From positions 257,362,001-257,426,000 of the forward strand of contig OZ024741.1 of NCBI GenBank assembly GCA_964016885.1: 64,000 nucleotides of DNA, in the 5' to 3' direction. Under the pieces are notes generated by a model. That model was not told where the DNA came from and made no database searches. It was given only the letters and a program-made list of their open reading frames with translations. Below are positions 42,462 through 57,900 of this stretch, piece by piece. The translations under genes were made by a program, and so were the position numbers. Within the stretch, counting starts at the first letter, position 1. Every line of letters starts with the position of its first letter. Origin of the DNA: Eledone cirrhosa (lineage: Eukaryota).

Positions 42462-44869
42462 GGTGTTTTGAATTACGAGTGTTTCGATACGAGTGTTTCG
42501 ACTTACGAGTGTTCTGACTTACGAGTGTTCTGACTTACGAGCGTTCTGACATACGAGTGTTCCGACTTACGAGTGTTTCGGCTTACGAGTGTTTCGACTT
42601 ACGAGTGTTCTGACTTACGAGTGTTTCGACTTACGAGCGTTCCGACTTACGAGTGTTTCGGCTTACGAGTGTTCCGACTTACGAGTGTTTCGACTAACGA
42701 GTGTTTCGGCTTACGAGTGTTTCGACTTACGAGTGTTCTGACTTACGAGTGTTCCGACTTACGAGCGTTCCGACTGACGAGAGTTTCGACTTACGAGTGT
42801 TAAGACTTACGGGTGTTTTGACAAACGAGTGTTTCGGCTTACGATTGTTTTGACTTACAATTGTTTGGCTTACGAATGTTTCGACTTACGAGTGTTTCGA
42901 CTTACGAGTGTTTTGACTTACGGTGTTTCGGCTTACGAGTGTTTCGACTTACGAGTGTTTTGACTTACGTGTGTTTTGACATACGAGTGTTTCGATACGA
43001 GTGTTCTGACTTACGAGTGTTCTGACTTACGAGTGTTCCGACTTACGAGTGTTTCGGCTTATGAGGGTTTCGACTTACGAGTGCTTCGGCTTACGAGTGT
43101 TTCGACTTACGAGTGTTTCGGCTTACGAGTGTTTCGACTTACGAATGTTTTGGCTTACGAGTGTTTCGGCTTACGAGTGTTTCGACTTACGAGTGTTTCA
43201 ACTTACGAGTGTTTTGACTTATGGTGTTTCGAATTACGAGTGTTTCGACTTACGAGTGTTTTGACTTACGGTGTTTCGGCTTACGAGTGTTTCGACTTAC
43301 GAGTGTTTTAACTTACGGGTGTTTCGACTTACGCGTGTTTCGACTTACGAATGTTCCGACTTACGAGTGTTTCGACTTACGAGTGTTTCGGCTTACGAGT
43401 GTTTCGAATTACGAAAATAACAAGTAGACGCGGTTTCAAATATCTATGATTTTCAAATTCATTACATTAATCTGTATTTATACGTTTCACTTTACGAGTG
43501 TTTCGGCGTACGAGTGTTTCGACTTACGAGTGTTTTGACTTACGTGTGTTTCGGCTTACGAGTGTTTTGACTTACGAGTGTTTTGACTTACGGGTGTTTC
43601 GGCTTACGAGTGTTTCGACTTACGAGTGTTCTGACTTACGAGTGTTCCGACTTACGAGCGTTCCGACTTACGAGTGTTTCGGCTTACGAGTGTTCCGACT
43701 TACGAGTGTTTCGACTTAAGGTGTTTCGGCTTAACAGTGTTTTGACTTACGAGTGTTTTGACTTACGGGTGTTTTGACATACGAGTGTTTCGGTACGAGT
43801 GTTCTGACTTACGAGTGTTCTGACTTACGAGTGTTCTGACTTACGAGTGGTCTGACTTACGGGTGTTCTGACTTACGAGTGTTCCGACTTACGAGTGTTT
43901 CAGCTTATGAGTGTTTCGACTTACGAGTGCTTCGGTTTACGAGTGTTTCGACTTACGAGTGTTTTGGCTTACGAGGGTTTCGACTTACGAATGTTTTGGC
44001 TTACGGGTGTTTCGGCTTACGAGTGTTTTGACTTATGGTGTTTCGGCTTACGAGTGTTTCGACATACGAGTGTTTTGACTTACGGGTGTTTCGACTTACG
44101 GGTGTTTCGACGTAAGAGTGTTTCGACTTACGAGCGCTTCGACTTACGAGTGTTTCGACTTACGAGTGTTTCGGCGTACGAGTGTTTTGACTTACGAGTG
44201 TTTCGACTTGCGAGTGTTTCGACTTACGAGTGTTTCGACTTACGAGTGTTCTGACTTACGAGTGTTCTGACTTACGAATGTTCTGACTTACGGGTGTTTC
44301 GCCTTACGAGTGTTTCGACTTACGAGTGTTTTAACTTACGGGTGTTTCGACTTACGCGTGTTTCGACTTACGAGTGTTTCGACTTACGAATGTTCCGACT
44401 TACGAGTGTTTCTACTTACGAGTGTTTCGGCTTACGAGTGTTTCGACTTACGAAAATAACAAATAGACGCGGTTTCAAATATCTATGCTTTTCAAATTCA
44501 TTACATTAATCTTTATTAATACGTTTCGCTTTACGAGTGTTTCGGCTTACGAGTGTTTAGGTGTTTCGGCTTACGTGTGTTTCAACTTACGAGTGTTTCG
44601 ACTTACGAGTGTTTCGGCTTATGAGTGTTTCGACTTACGAGTGCTTCGGCTTACGAGTGTTTCGACTTACGAGTGTTTCGGCTTACGAGTGTTTCGACGT
44701 ACGAATATTTTGGCTTACGAGTGTTTCCGCTTATGAGTGTTTCGACTTAAGAGTGTTTCGACTTACGAGTGTTTCAGTGTTTCGGCTTACGTGTGTTTCG
44801 ACTTACGAGTGTTTCGACTTACGAGTGTTTCGGCTTACGAGTGTTTCGGCTTACGAGTGTTTCGGCTTA

Positions 44870-45606
44870 TATATAAACGTTTCTATTTCCATCGTTTTAT
44901 CGTAAACGTTTATATATTTCCATCGTTATATCATAACGTTTATATTTCCGTCACTAATCTCTTTTTCTCCTTTTCCGATTTAACATATATTTATTTCAAA
45001 GATTTCACCGTATAGATAACATATATATTTATACATGCATAAAAGACACACCGAGAGACGGTGAAAATGTGGTGCCAAAAACATTTCTCATCCAAATCTC
45101 AACAATATCAGTATATACACTAGATTTGCTAGCAGAAAACCGCCCACCGGGTGGTTTTCTGCTATTCTATATATATAAAACTGAGGATGTCTGTCTGTGT
45201 GTGAGTTTGAATCCCTAAAACTCGAGAACCACCCAACCGACTGTTTTCAATCTTTACACATGTAATACTTATGTTTCAGGGAGTGTTCTGAGCAAAAAAT
45301 ATTTCAAATTTTCAATGCCGTAGGGACCACATTAAGCGATTTAGCGATCTCTCTCTATAATTCTTAGTCTTTCTCTTTTTAGATAGATACATACATATAA
45401 CGTCGTGCCCTTATAATATCTGTCTGTATGTCTGGCTGTCTGCATTACGTCACTTCCCTGAGGATGTCTGTGTGTGTGTGTGTGTCTGTGAGTTTGAATC
45501 CCTAAAATGCGAGAAGTACCCAACCGATTTTTTTCAAACTTTACATGTGTATTACTTATGTTTCAGGGAGTGTTTGTTATGCACATAAAATTCAACCTTT
45601 TGATCT
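44870..45606 (+). mobile_element. Cassette copy 12
   Basis: Same allele as copies 7 and 9. Confidence 0.6.
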
Positions 45607-47943
45607 GGTGTTTTGAATTACGAGTGTTTCGATACGAGTGTTTCGACTTACGAGTGTTCTGACTTACGAGTGTTCTGACTTACGAGCGTTCTGACTTACG
45701 AGTGTTCCGACTTACGAGTGTTTCGGCTTACGAGTGTTTCGACTTACGAGTGTTCTGACTTACGAGTGTTTCGACTTACGAGCGTTCCGACTTACGAGTG
45801 TTTCGGCTTACGAGTGTTCCGACTTACGAGTGTTTCGAATAACGAGTGTTTCGGCTTACGAGCGTTTCGACTTACGAGTGTTCTGACTTACGAGTGTTCC
45901 GACTTACGAGCGTTCCGACTTACGAGTGTTTCGACTTACGAGTGTTAAGACTTACGGGTGTTTTGACATACGAGTGTTTCGATACGAGTGTTTCGACTTA
46001 CGAGTGTTACGAGTGTTCTGACTTACGAGTGTTTCGACTTACGAGTGTTCTGACCTACGAGTGTTCTGACTTACGAGTGTTTCGACTTACGAGTGTTTTG
46101 ACTTACGGGTGTTTCGACTTACGAGTGTTTCGACTTACGAGTGTTTCGAGTTACGAGTGTTTCGACTTACGAGTGTTTTGACTTACGAATGTTCTGACTT
46201 ACGGGTGTTTCGGCTTACGAGTGTTTCGACTTACGAGTGTTTTAACTTACGGGTGTTTCGACTTACACGTGTTTCGACTTGCGAGTATTTCGACTTACGA
46301 GTGTTTCGACTTACGAGTGTTCTGACTTACGGGTGTTCCGACTTACGAGTGTTTCGGCTTACGATTATTTTGACTTACGATTGTTTGGCTTACGAATGTT
46401 TCGACTTACGAGTGTTTCGACTTACGAGTGTTTTGACTTACGGTGTTTCGGCTTACGAGTGTTTCGACTTACGAGTGTTTTGACTTACGGGTGTTTTGAC
46501 ATACGAGTGTTTCGATACGAGTGTTCTGACTTACGAGTGTTCTGACTTACGAGTGTTCTGACTTACGGGTGTTCTGACTTACGAGTGTTCCGACTTACGA
46601 GTGTTTCGGCTTATGAGGGTTTCGATTTACGAGTGCTTCGGCTTACGAGTGTTTCGACTTACGAGTGTTTCGGCTTACGAGTGTTTCGACTTACGAATGT
46701 TTTGACTTACGAGTGTTTCGGCTTACAAGTGTTTCGACTTACGAGTGTTTCGACTTACGAGTGTTTTGACTTACGGTGTTTCGGCTTACGAGTGTTTCGA
46801 CATACGAGTGTTTTGACGTACGGGTGTTTCGACTTACGGGTGTTTCGACTTAAGAGTGTTTCGACTTACGAGCGCTTCGACTTACGAGTGTTTCGACTTA
46901 CGAGTGTTTCGGCGTATGAGTGTTTTGACTTACGAGTGTTTCGACTTACGAGTGTTTCGACTTACGAGTGTTTCGACTTACGAGTGTTTCGACTTACGAG
47001 TGTTCTGACCTACGAGTGTTCTGACTTACGAGTGTTTCGACTTACGAGTGTTTTGACTTACGGGTGTTTCGACTTACGAGTGTTTCGAGTTACGAGTGTT
47101 TCGAGTTACGAGTGTTTCGACTTACGAGTGTTTTTACTTACGAATGTTCTGACTTACGGGTGTTTCGGCTTACGAGTGTTTCGACTTACGAGTGTTTTAA
47201 CTTACGGGTGTTTCTACTTACGCGTGTTTCGACTTGCAAGTGTTTCGACTTATGAGTGTTTCGACTTGCAAGTGTTTCGACAACGAATGTTCCGACTTAC
47301 GAGTGTTTCGACTTACGAGTGTTTCGACTTACGAGTGTTCTGACTTACGGGTGTTCCGACTTACGAGTGTTTCGGCTTACGATTGTTTTGACTTACGATC
47401 GTTTTGGCTACGAATGTTTCGACTTACGAGTGTTTCGACTTACGAGTGTTTTGACTTACGGTGTTTCTGCTTACGAGTGTTTCGACTTACGAGTGTTTTG
47501 ACTTACGGGTGTTTTGACATACGAGTGTTTCGATACGAGTGTTCTGACTTACGAGTGTTCTGACTTACGAGTGTTCTGACTTACGAGTGTTCTGACTTAC
47601 GAGTGTTCTGACTTACGGGTGTTCTGACTTACGAGTGTTCCGACTTACGAGTGTTTCGGCTTATGAGGGTTTCGACTTACGAGTGCTTCGGCTTACGAGT
47701 GTTTCGGCTTACGAGTGTTTCGACTTACGAGTGTTTCGGCTTACGAGTGTTTCGACGTACGAATGTTTTGGCTTACGAGTGTTTCGGCTTATGAGTGTTT
47801 CGACTTACGAGTGTTTCGACTTACGAGTGTTTCGGCTTACGAGTGTTTCAGTGTTTCGGCTTACGTGTGTTTCGACTTACGAGTGTTTCGACTTACGAGT
47901 GTTTCGGCTTACGAGTGTTTCGGCTTACGAGTGTTTCGGCTTA

Positions 47944-48680
47944 TATATAAACGTTTCTATTTCCATCGTTTTATCGTAAACGTTTATATATTTCCATCGT
48001 TATATCATAACGTTTATATTTCCGTCACTAATCTCTTTTTCTCCTTTTCCGTTTTAATATATATTTATTTCAAAGATTTCACCGTATAGATAACATATAT
48101 ATTTATACATGCATAAAAGACACACCGAGAGACGGTGAAAATGTGGTGCCAAAAACATTTCTCATCCAAATCTCAACAATATCAGTATATACACTAGATT
48201 TGCTAGCAGAAAACCGCCCACCGGGTGGTTTTCTGCTATTCTATATATATAAAACTGAGGATGTCTGTCTGTGTGTGAGTTTGAATCCCTAAAACTCGAG
48301 AACCACCCAACCGACTGTTTTCAAACTTTACACATGTAATACTTATGTTTCAGAGAGTGTTCTGAGCAAAAAATATTTCAAATTTTCAATGCCGTAGGGA
48401 CAACATTAGGCGATTTAGCGATCTCTCTCTATAATTCTTAGTCTTTCTCTTTTTAGATAGATACATACATATAACGTCGTGCCCTTATAATATCTGTCTG
48501 TATGTCTGGCTGTCTGCATTACGTCACTTCCCTGAGGATGTCTGTGTGTGTGTGTGTGTCTGTGAGTTTGAATCCCTAAAATGCGAGAAGTACCCAACCG
48601 ATTTTTTTCAAACTTTACATGTGTATTACTTATGTTTCAGGGAGTGTTTGTTATGCACATAAAATTCAACCTTTTGATCT
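47944..48680 (+). mobile_element. Cassette copy 13
   Basis: Same allele as copy 11. Confidence 0.6.
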
Positions 48681-51088
48681 GGTGTTTTGAATTACGAGTG
48701 TTTCGATACGAGTGTTTCGACTTACGAGTGTTCTGACTTACGAGTGTTCTGACTTACGAGCGTTCTGACATACGAGTGTTCCGACTTACGAGTGTTTCGG
48801 CTTACGAGTGTTTCGACTTACGAGTGTTCTGACTTACGAGTGTTTCGACTTACGAGCGTTCCGACTTACGAGTGTTTCGGCTTACGAGTGTTCCGACTTA
48901 CGAGTGTTTCGACTAACGAGTGTTTCGGCTTACGAGTGTTTCGACTTACGAGTGTTCTGACTTACGAGTGTTCCGACTTACGAGCGTTCCGACTGACGAG
49001 AGTTTCGACTTACGAGTGTTAAGACTTACGGGTGTTTTGACAAACGAGTGTTTCGGCTTACGATTGTTTTGACTTACAATTGTTTGGCTTACGAATGTTT
49101 CGACTTACGAGTGTTTCGACTTACGAGTGTTTTGACTTACGGTGTTTCGGCTTACGAGTGTTTCGACTTACGAGTGTTTTGACTTACGTGTGTTTTGACA
49201 TACGAGTGTTTCGATACGAGTGTTCTGACTTACGAGTGTTCTGACTTACGAGTGTTCCGACTTACGAGTGTTTCGGCTTATGAGGGTTTCGACTTACGAG
49301 TGCTTCGGCTTACGAGTGTTTCGACTTACGAGTGTTTCGGCTTACGAGTGTTTCGACTTACGAATGTTTTGGCTTACGAGTGTTTCGGCTTACGAGTGTT
49401 TCGACTTACGAGTGTTTCAACTTACGAGTGTTTTGACTTATGGTGTTTCGAATTACGAGTGTTTCGACTTACGAGTGTTTTGACTTACGGTGTTTCGGCT
49501 TACGAGTGTTTCGACTTACGAGTGTTTTAACTTACGGGTGTTTCGACTTACGCGTGTTTCGACTTACGAATGTTCCGACTTACGAGTGTTTCGACTTACG
49601 AGTGTTTCGGCTTACGAGTGTTTCGAATTACGAAAATAACAAGTAGACGCGGTTTCAAATATCTATGATTTTCAAATTCATTACATTAATCTTTATTTAT
49701 ACGTTTCACTTTACGAGTGTTTCGGCGTACGAGTGTTTCGACTTACGAGTGTTTTGACTTACGTGTGTTTCGGCTTACGAGTGTTTTGACTTACGAGTGT
49801 TTTGACTTACGGGTGTTTCGGCTTACGAGTGTTTCGACTTACGAGTGTTCTGACTTACGAGTGTTCCGACTTACGAGCGTTCCGACTTACGAGTGTTTCG
49901 GCTTACGAGTGTTCCGACTTACGAGTGTTTCGACTTAAGGTGTTTCGGCTTAACAGTGTTTTGACTTACGAGTGTTTTGACTTACGGGTGTTTTGACATA
50001 CGAGTGTTTCGGTACGAGTGTTCTGACTTACGAGTGTTCTGACTTACGAGTGTTCTGACTTACGAGTGGTCTGACTTACGGGTGTTCTGACTTACGAGTG
50101 TTCCGACTTACGAGTGTTTCAGCTTATGAGTGTTTCGACTTACGAGTGCTTCGGTTTACGAGTGTTTCGACTTACGAGTGTTTTGGCTTACGAGGGTTTC
50201 GACTTACGAATGTTTTGGCTTACGGGTGTTTCGGCTTACGAGTGTTTTGACTTATGGTGTTTCGGCTTACGAGTGTTTCGACATACGAGTGTTTTGACTT
50301 ACGGGTGTTTCGACTTACGGGTGTTTCGACGTAAGAGTGTTTCGACTTACGAGCGCTTCGACTTACGAGTGTTTCGACTTACGAGTGTTTCGGCGTACGA
50401 GTGTTTTGACTTACGAGTGTTTCGACTTGCGAGTGTTTCGACTTACGAGTGTTTCGACTTACGAGTGTTCTGACTTACGAGTGTTCTGACTTACGAATGT
50501 TCTGACTTACGGGTGTTTCGCCTTACGAGTGTTTCGACTTACGAGTGTTTTAACTTACGGGTGTTTCGACTTACGCGTGTTTCGACTTACGAGTGTTTCG
50601 ACTTACGAATGTTCCGACTTACGAGTGTTTCTACTTACGAGTGTTTCGGCTTACGAGTGTTTCGACTTACGAAAATAACAAATAGACGCGGTTTCAAATA
50701 TCTATGCTTTTCAAATTCATTACATTAATCTTTATTAATACGTTTCGCTTTACGAGTGTTTCGGCTTACGAGTGTTTAGGTGTTTCGGCTTACGTGTGTT
50801 TCAACTTACGAGTGTTTCGACTTACGAGTGTTTCGGCTTATGAGTGTTTCGACTTACGAGTGCTTCGGCTTACGAGTGTTTCGACTTACGAGTGTTTCGG
50901 CTTACGAGTGTTTCGACGTACGAATGTTTTGGCTTACGAGTGTTTCCGCTTATGAGTGTTTCGACTTAAGAGTGTTTCGACTTACGAGTGTTTCAGTGTT
51001 TCGGCTTACGTGTGTTTCGACTTACGAGTGTTTCGACTTACGAGTGTTTCGGCTTACGAGTGTTTCGGCTTACGAGTGTTTCGGCTTA

Positions 51089-51825
51089 TATATAAACGTT
51101 TCTATTTCCATCGTTTTATCGTAAACGTTTATATATTTCCATCGTTATATCATAACGTTTATATTTCCGTCACTAATCTCTTTTTCTCCTTTTCCGATTT
51201 AACATATATTTATTTCAAAGATTTCACCGTATAGATAACATATATATTTATACATGCATAAAAGACACACCGAGAGACGGTGAAAATGTGGTGCCAAAAA
51301 CATTTCTCATCCAAATCTCAACAATATCAGTATATACACTAGATTTGCTAGCAGAAAACCGCCCACCGGGTGGTTTTCTGCTATTCTATATATATAAAAC
51401 TGAGGATGTCTGTCTGTGTGTGAGTTTGAATCCCTAAAACTCGAGAACCACCCAACCGACTGTTTTCAATCTTTACACATGTAATACTTATGTTTCAGGG
51501 AGTGTTCTGAGCAAAAAATATTTCAAATTTTCAATGCCGTAGGGACCACATTAAGCGATTTAGCGATCTCTCTCTATAATTCTTAGTCTTTCTCTTTTTA
51601 GATAGATACATACATATAACGTCGTGCCCTTATAATATCTGTCTGTATGTCTGGCTGTCTGCATTACGTCACTTCCCTGAGGATGTCTGTGTGTGTGTGT
51701 GTGTCTGTGAGTTTGAATCCCTAAAATGCGAGAAGTACCCAACCGATTTTTTTCAAACTTTACATGTGTATTACTTATGTTTCAGGGAGTGTTTGTTATG
51801 CACATAAAATTCAACCTTTTGATCT
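51089..51825 (+). mobile_element. Cassette copy 14
   Basis: Same allele as copy 12. Confidence 0.6.
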
Positions 51826-54178
51826 GGTGTTTTGAATTACGAGTGTTTCGATACGAGTGTTTCGACTTACGAGTGTTCTGACTTACGAGTGTTCTGACTT
51901 ACGAGCGTTCTGACTTACGAGTGTTCCGACTTACGAGTGTTTCGGCTTACGAGTGTTTCGACTTACGAGTGTTCTGACTTACGAGTGTTTCGACTTACGA
52001 GCGTTCCGACTTACGAGTGTTTCGGCTTACGAGTGTTCCGACTTACGAGTGTTTCGAATAACGAGTGTTTCGGCTTACGAGCGTTTCGACTTACGAGTGT
52101 TCTTACTTACGAGTGTTCCGACTTACGAGCGTTCCGACTTACGAGTGTTTCGACTTACGAGTGTTAAGACTTACGGGTGTTTTGACATACGAGTGTTTCG
52201 ATACGAGTGTTTCGACTTACGAGTGTTACGAGTGTTCTGACTTACGAGTGTTTCGACTTACGAGTGTTCTGACCTACGAGTGTTCTGACTTACGAGTGTT
52301 TCGACTTACGAGTGTTTTGACTTACGGGTGTTTCGACTTACGAGTGTTTCGACTTACGAGTGTTTCGAGTTACGAGTGTTTCGACTTACGAGTGTTTTGA
52401 CTTACGAATGTTCTGACTTACGGGTGTTTCGGCTTACGAGTGTTTCGACTTACGAGTGTTTTAACTTACGGGTGTTTCGACTTACACGTGTTTCGACTTG
52501 CGAGTGTTTCGACTTACGAGTATTTCGACTTACGAGTGTTTCGACTTACGAGTGTTCTGACTTACGGGTGTTCCGACTTACGAGTGTTTCGGCTTACGAT
52601 TATTTTGACTTACGATTGTTTGGCTTACGAATGTTTCGACTTACGAGTGTTTCGACTTACGAGTGTTTTGACTTACGGTGTTTCGGCTTACGAGTGTTTC
52701 GACTTACGAGTGTTTTGACTTACGGGTGTTTTGACATACGAGTGTTTCGATACGAGTGTTCTGACTTACGAGTGTTCTGACTTACGAGTGTTCTGACTTA
52801 CGGGTGTTCTGACTTACGAGTGTTCCGACTTACGAGTGTTTCGGCTTATGAGGGTTTCGATTTACGAGTGCTTCGGCTTACGAGTGTTTCGACTTACGAG
52901 TGTTTCGGCTTACGAGTGTTTCGACTTACGAATGTTTTGACTTACGAGTGTTTCGGCTTACGAGTGTTTCGACTTACGAGTGTTTCGACTTACGAGTGTT
53001 TTGACTTACGGTGTTTCGGCTTACGAGTGTTTCGACATACGAGTGTTTTGACGTACGGGTGTTTCGACTTACGGGTGTTTCGACTTAAGAGTGTTTCGAC
53101 TTACGAGCGCTTCGACTTACGAGTGTTTCGACTTACGAGTGTTTCGGCGTATGAGTGTTTTGACTTACGAGTGTTTCGACTTACGAGTGTTTCGACTTAC
53201 GAGTGTTTCGACTTACGAGTGTTTCGACTTACGAGTGTTCTGACCTACGAGTGTTCTGACTTACGAGTGTTTCGACTTACGAGTGTTTTGACTTACGGGT
53301 GTTTCGACTTACGAGTGTTTCGAGTTACGAGTGTTTCGAGTTACGAGTGTTTCGACTTACGAGTGTTTTTACTTACGAATGTTCTGACTTACGGGTGTTT
53401 CGGCTTACGAGTGTTTCGGCTTACGAGTGTTTTAACTTACGGGTGTTTCTACTTACGCGTGTTTCGACTTGCAAGTGTTTCGACTTATGAGTGTTTCGAC
53501 TTGCAAGTGTTTCGACAACGAATGTTCCAACTTACGAGTGTTTCGACTTACGAGTGTTTCGACTTACGAGCGTTCTGACTTACGGGTGTTCCGACTTACG
53601 AGTGTTTCGGCTTACGATTGTTTTGACTTACGATCGTTTTGGCTACGAATGTTTCGACTTACGAGTGTTTCGACTTACGAGTGTTTTGACTTACGGTGTT
53701 TCTGCTTACGAGTGTTTCGACTGACGAGTGTTTTGACTTACGGGTGTTTTGACATACGAGTGTTTCGATACGAGTGTTCTGACTTACGAGTGTTCTGACT
53801 TACGAGTGTTCTGACTTACGAGTGTTCTGACTTACGAGTGTTCTGACTTACGGGTGTTCTGACTTACGAGTGTTCCGACTTACGAGTGTTTCGGCTTATG
53901 AGGGTTTCGACTTACGAGTGCTTCGGCTTACGAGTGTTTCGGCTTACGAGTGTTTCGACTTACGAGTGTTTCGGCTTACGAGTGTTTCGACGTACGAATG
54001 TTTTGGCTTACGAGTGTTTCGGCTTATGAGTGTTTCGACTTACGAGTGTTTCGACTTACGAGTGTTTCGGCTTACGAGTGTTTCAGTGTTTCGGCTTACG
54101 TGTGTTTCGACTTACGAGTGTTTCGACTTACGAGTGTTTCGGCTTACGAGTGTTTCGGCTTACGAGTGTTTCGGCTTA

Positions 54179-54915
54179 TATATAAACGTTTCTATTTCCA
54201 TCGTTTTATCGTAAACGTTTATATATTTCCATCGTTATATCATAACGTTTATATTTCCGTCACTAATCTCTTTTTCTCCTTTTCCGTTTTAATATATATT
54301 TATTTCAAAGATTTCACCGTATAGATAACATATATATTTATACATGCATAAAAGACACACCGAGAGACGGTGAAAATGTGGTGCCAAAAACATTTCTCAT
54401 CCAAATCTCAACAATATCAGTATATACACTAGATTTGCTAGCAGAAAACCGCCCACCGGGTGGTTTTCTGCTATTCTATATATATAAAACTGAGGATGTC
54501 TGTCTGTGTGTGAGTTTGAATCCCTAAAACTCGAGAACCACCCAACCGACTGTTTTCAAACTTTACACATGTAATACTTATGTTTCAGAGAGTGTTCTGA
54601 GCAAAAAATATTTCAAATTTTCAATGCCGTAGGGACAACATTAGGCGATTTAGCGATCTCTCTCTATAATTCTTAGTCTTTCTCTTTTTAGATAGATACA
54701 TACATATAACGTCGTGCCCTTATAATATCTGTCTGTATGTCTGGCTGTCTGCATTACGTCACTTCCCTGAGGATGTCTGTGTGTGTGTGTGTGTCTGTGA
54801 GTTTGAATCCCTAAAATGCGAGAAGTACCCAACCGATTTTTTTCAAACTTTACATGTGTATTACTTATGTTTCAGGGAGTGTTTGTTATGCACATAAAAT
54901 TCAACCTTTTGATCT
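54179..54915 (+). mobile_element. Cassette copy 15
   Basis: Same allele as copies 11 and 13. Confidence 0.6.
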
Positions 54916-57900
54916 GGTGTTTTGAATTACGAGTGTTTCGATACGAGTGTTTCGACTTACGAGTGTTCTGACTTACGAGTGTTCTGACTTACGAGCGTTC
55001 TGACTTACGAGTGTTCCGACTTACGAGTGTTTCGGCTTACGAGTGTTTCGACTTACGAGTGTTCTGACTTACGAGTGTTTCGACTTACGAGCGTTCCGAC
55101 TTACGAGTGTTTCGGCTTACGAGTGTTCCGACTTACGAGTGTTTCGACTAACGAGTGTTTCGGCTTACGAGTGTTTCGACTTACGAGTGTTCTGACTTAC
55201 GAGTGTTCCGACTTACGAGCGTTCCGACTTACGAGTGTTTCGACTTACGAGTGTTAAGACTTACGGGTGTTTTGACATACGAGTGTTTCGGCTTACGATT
55301 GTTTTGACTTACAATTGTTTGGCTTACGAATGTTTCGACTTACGAGTGTTTCGACTTACGAGTGTTTTGACTTACGGTGTTTCGGCTTATGAGTGTTTCG
55401 ACTTACGAGTGTTTTGACTTACGTGTGTTTTGACATACGAGTGTTTCGATACGAGTGTTCTGACTTACGAGTGTTCTGACTTACGAGTGTTCCGACTTAC
55501 GAGTGTTTCGGCTTATGAGGGTTTCGACTTACGAGTGCTTCGGCTTACGAGTGTTTCGACTTACGAGTGTTTCGGCTTACGAGTGTTTCGACTTACGAAT
55601 GTTTTGGCTTACGAGTGTTTCGGCTTACGAGTGTTTCGACTTACGAGTGTTTCAACTTACGAGTGTTTTGACTTATGGTGTTTCGAATTACGAGTGTTTC
55701 GACTTACGAGTGTTTTGACTTACGGTGTTTCGGCTTACGAGTGTTTCGACTTACGAGTGTTTTAACTTACGGGTGTTTCTACTTACGCGTGTTTCGACTT
55801 ACGAATGTTCCGACTTACGAGTGTTTCGACTTACGAGTGTTTCGGCTTACGAGTGTTTCGAATTACGAAAATAACAAGTAGACGCGGTTTCAAATATCTA
55901 TGATTTTCAAATTCATTACATTAATCTTTATTTATACGTTTCACTTTACGAGTGTTTCGGCGTACGAGTGTTTCGACTTACGAGTGTTTTGACTTACGTG
56001 TGTTTCGGCTTACGAGTGTTTTGACTTACGAGTGTTTTGACTTACGGGTGTTTCGGCTTACGAGTGTTTCGACTTACGAGTGTTCTGACTTACGAGTGTT
56101 CCGACTTACGAGCGTTCCGACTTACGAGTGTTTCGGCTTACGAGTGTTCCGACTTACGAGTGTTTCGACTTAAGGTGTTTCGGCTTAACAGTGTTTTGAC
56201 TTACGAGTGTTTTGACTTACGGGTGTTTTGACATACGAGTGTTTCGGTACGAGTGTTCTGACTTACGAGTGTTCTGACTTACGAGTGTTCTGACTTACGA
56301 GTGGTCTGACTTACGGGTGTTCTGACTTACGAGTGTTCCGACTTACGAGTGTTTCAGCTTATGAGTGTTTCGACTTACGAGTGCTTCGGTTTACGAGTGT
56401 TTCGACTTACGAGTGTTTTGGCTTACGAGGGTTTCGACTTACGAATGTTTTGGCTTACGGGTGTTTCGGCTTACGAGTGTTTCGGCTTATGAGTGTTTCG
56501 ACTTACGAGTGTTTTGACTTATGGTGTTTCGGCTTACGAGTGTTTCGACATACGAGTGTTTTGACTTACGGGTGTTTCGACTTACGGGTGTTTCGACGTA
56601 AGAGTGTTTCGACTTACGAGCGCTTCGACTTACGAGTGTTTCGACTTACGAGTGTTTCGGCGTACGAGTGTTTTGACTTACGAGTGTTTCGACTTACGAG
56701 TGTTTCGACTTACGAGTGTTCCTACTTACGAGTGTTTCGACTTACGAGTGTTTCGACTTGCGAGTATTTCGACTTGCGAGTGTTTCGACTTACGAGTGTT
56801 TCGACTTACGAATGTTCTGACTTACGGGTGTTTCGGCTTACGAGTGTTTCGACTTATGAGTGTTCTGACTTACGAGTGTTCCGACTTACGAGCGTTCCGA
56901 CTTACGAGTGTTTCGGCTTACGAGTGTTCCGACTTACGAGTGTTTCGACTTACGAGTGTTTTGACTTAAGGTGTTTCGGCTTAACAGTGTTTTGACTTAC
57001 GAGTGTTTTGACTTACGGGTGTTTTGACATACGAGTGTTTCTGTACGAGTGTTCTGACTTACGAGTGTTCTGACTTACGAGTGTTCTGACTTACGAGTGG
57101 TCTGACTTACGGGTGTTCTGACTTACGAGTGTTCCGACTTACGAGTGTTTCAGCTTATGAGTGTTTCGACTTACGAGTGCTTCGGTTTACGAGTGTTTCG
57201 ACTTACGAGTGTTTTGGCTTACGAGGGTTTCGACTTACGAATGTTTTGGCTTACGGGTGTTTCGGCTTACGAGTGTTTCGGCTTATGAGTGTTTCGACTT
57301 ACGAGTGTTTTGACTTATGGTGTTTCGGCTTACGAGTGTTTCGACATACGAGTGTTTTGACTTACGGGTGTTTCGACTTACGGGTGTTTCGACGTAAGAG
57401 TGTTTCGACTTACGAGCGCTTCGACTTACGAGTGTTTCGACTTACGAGTGTTTCGGCGTACGAGTGTTTTGACTTACGAGTGTTTCGACTTACGAGTGTT
57501 TCGACTTACGAGTGTTCCTACTTACGAGTGTTTCGACTTACGAGTGTTTCGACTTGCGAGTATTTCGACTTGCGAGTGTTTCGACTTACGAGTGTTTCGA
57601 CTTACGAGTGTTCTGACTTACGAGTGTTCTGACTTACGAATGTTCTGACTTACGGGTGTTTCGCCTTACGAGTGTTTCGACTTACGAGTGTTTTAACTTA
57701 CGGGTGTTTCGACTTACGCGTATTTCGACTTACGAGTGTTTCGACTTACGAATGTTCCGACTTACGAGTGTTTCTACTTACGAGTGTTTCGGCTTACGAG
57801 TGTTTCGACTTACGAAAATAACAAATAGACGCGGTTTCAAATATCTATGCTTTTCAAATTCATTACATTAATCTTTATTAATACGTTTCGCTTTACGAGT

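Larger units (their letters stand above)
38641..56800. repeat. Higher-order repeat of ~6.2 kb (insert-free unit plus insert-bearing unit), ~3 copies
   Basis: Cassette spacings are 3084, 3145, 3074, 3145, 3090. ORF-track landmarks repeat at offsets of 6219 and 6235. Confidence 0.85.
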
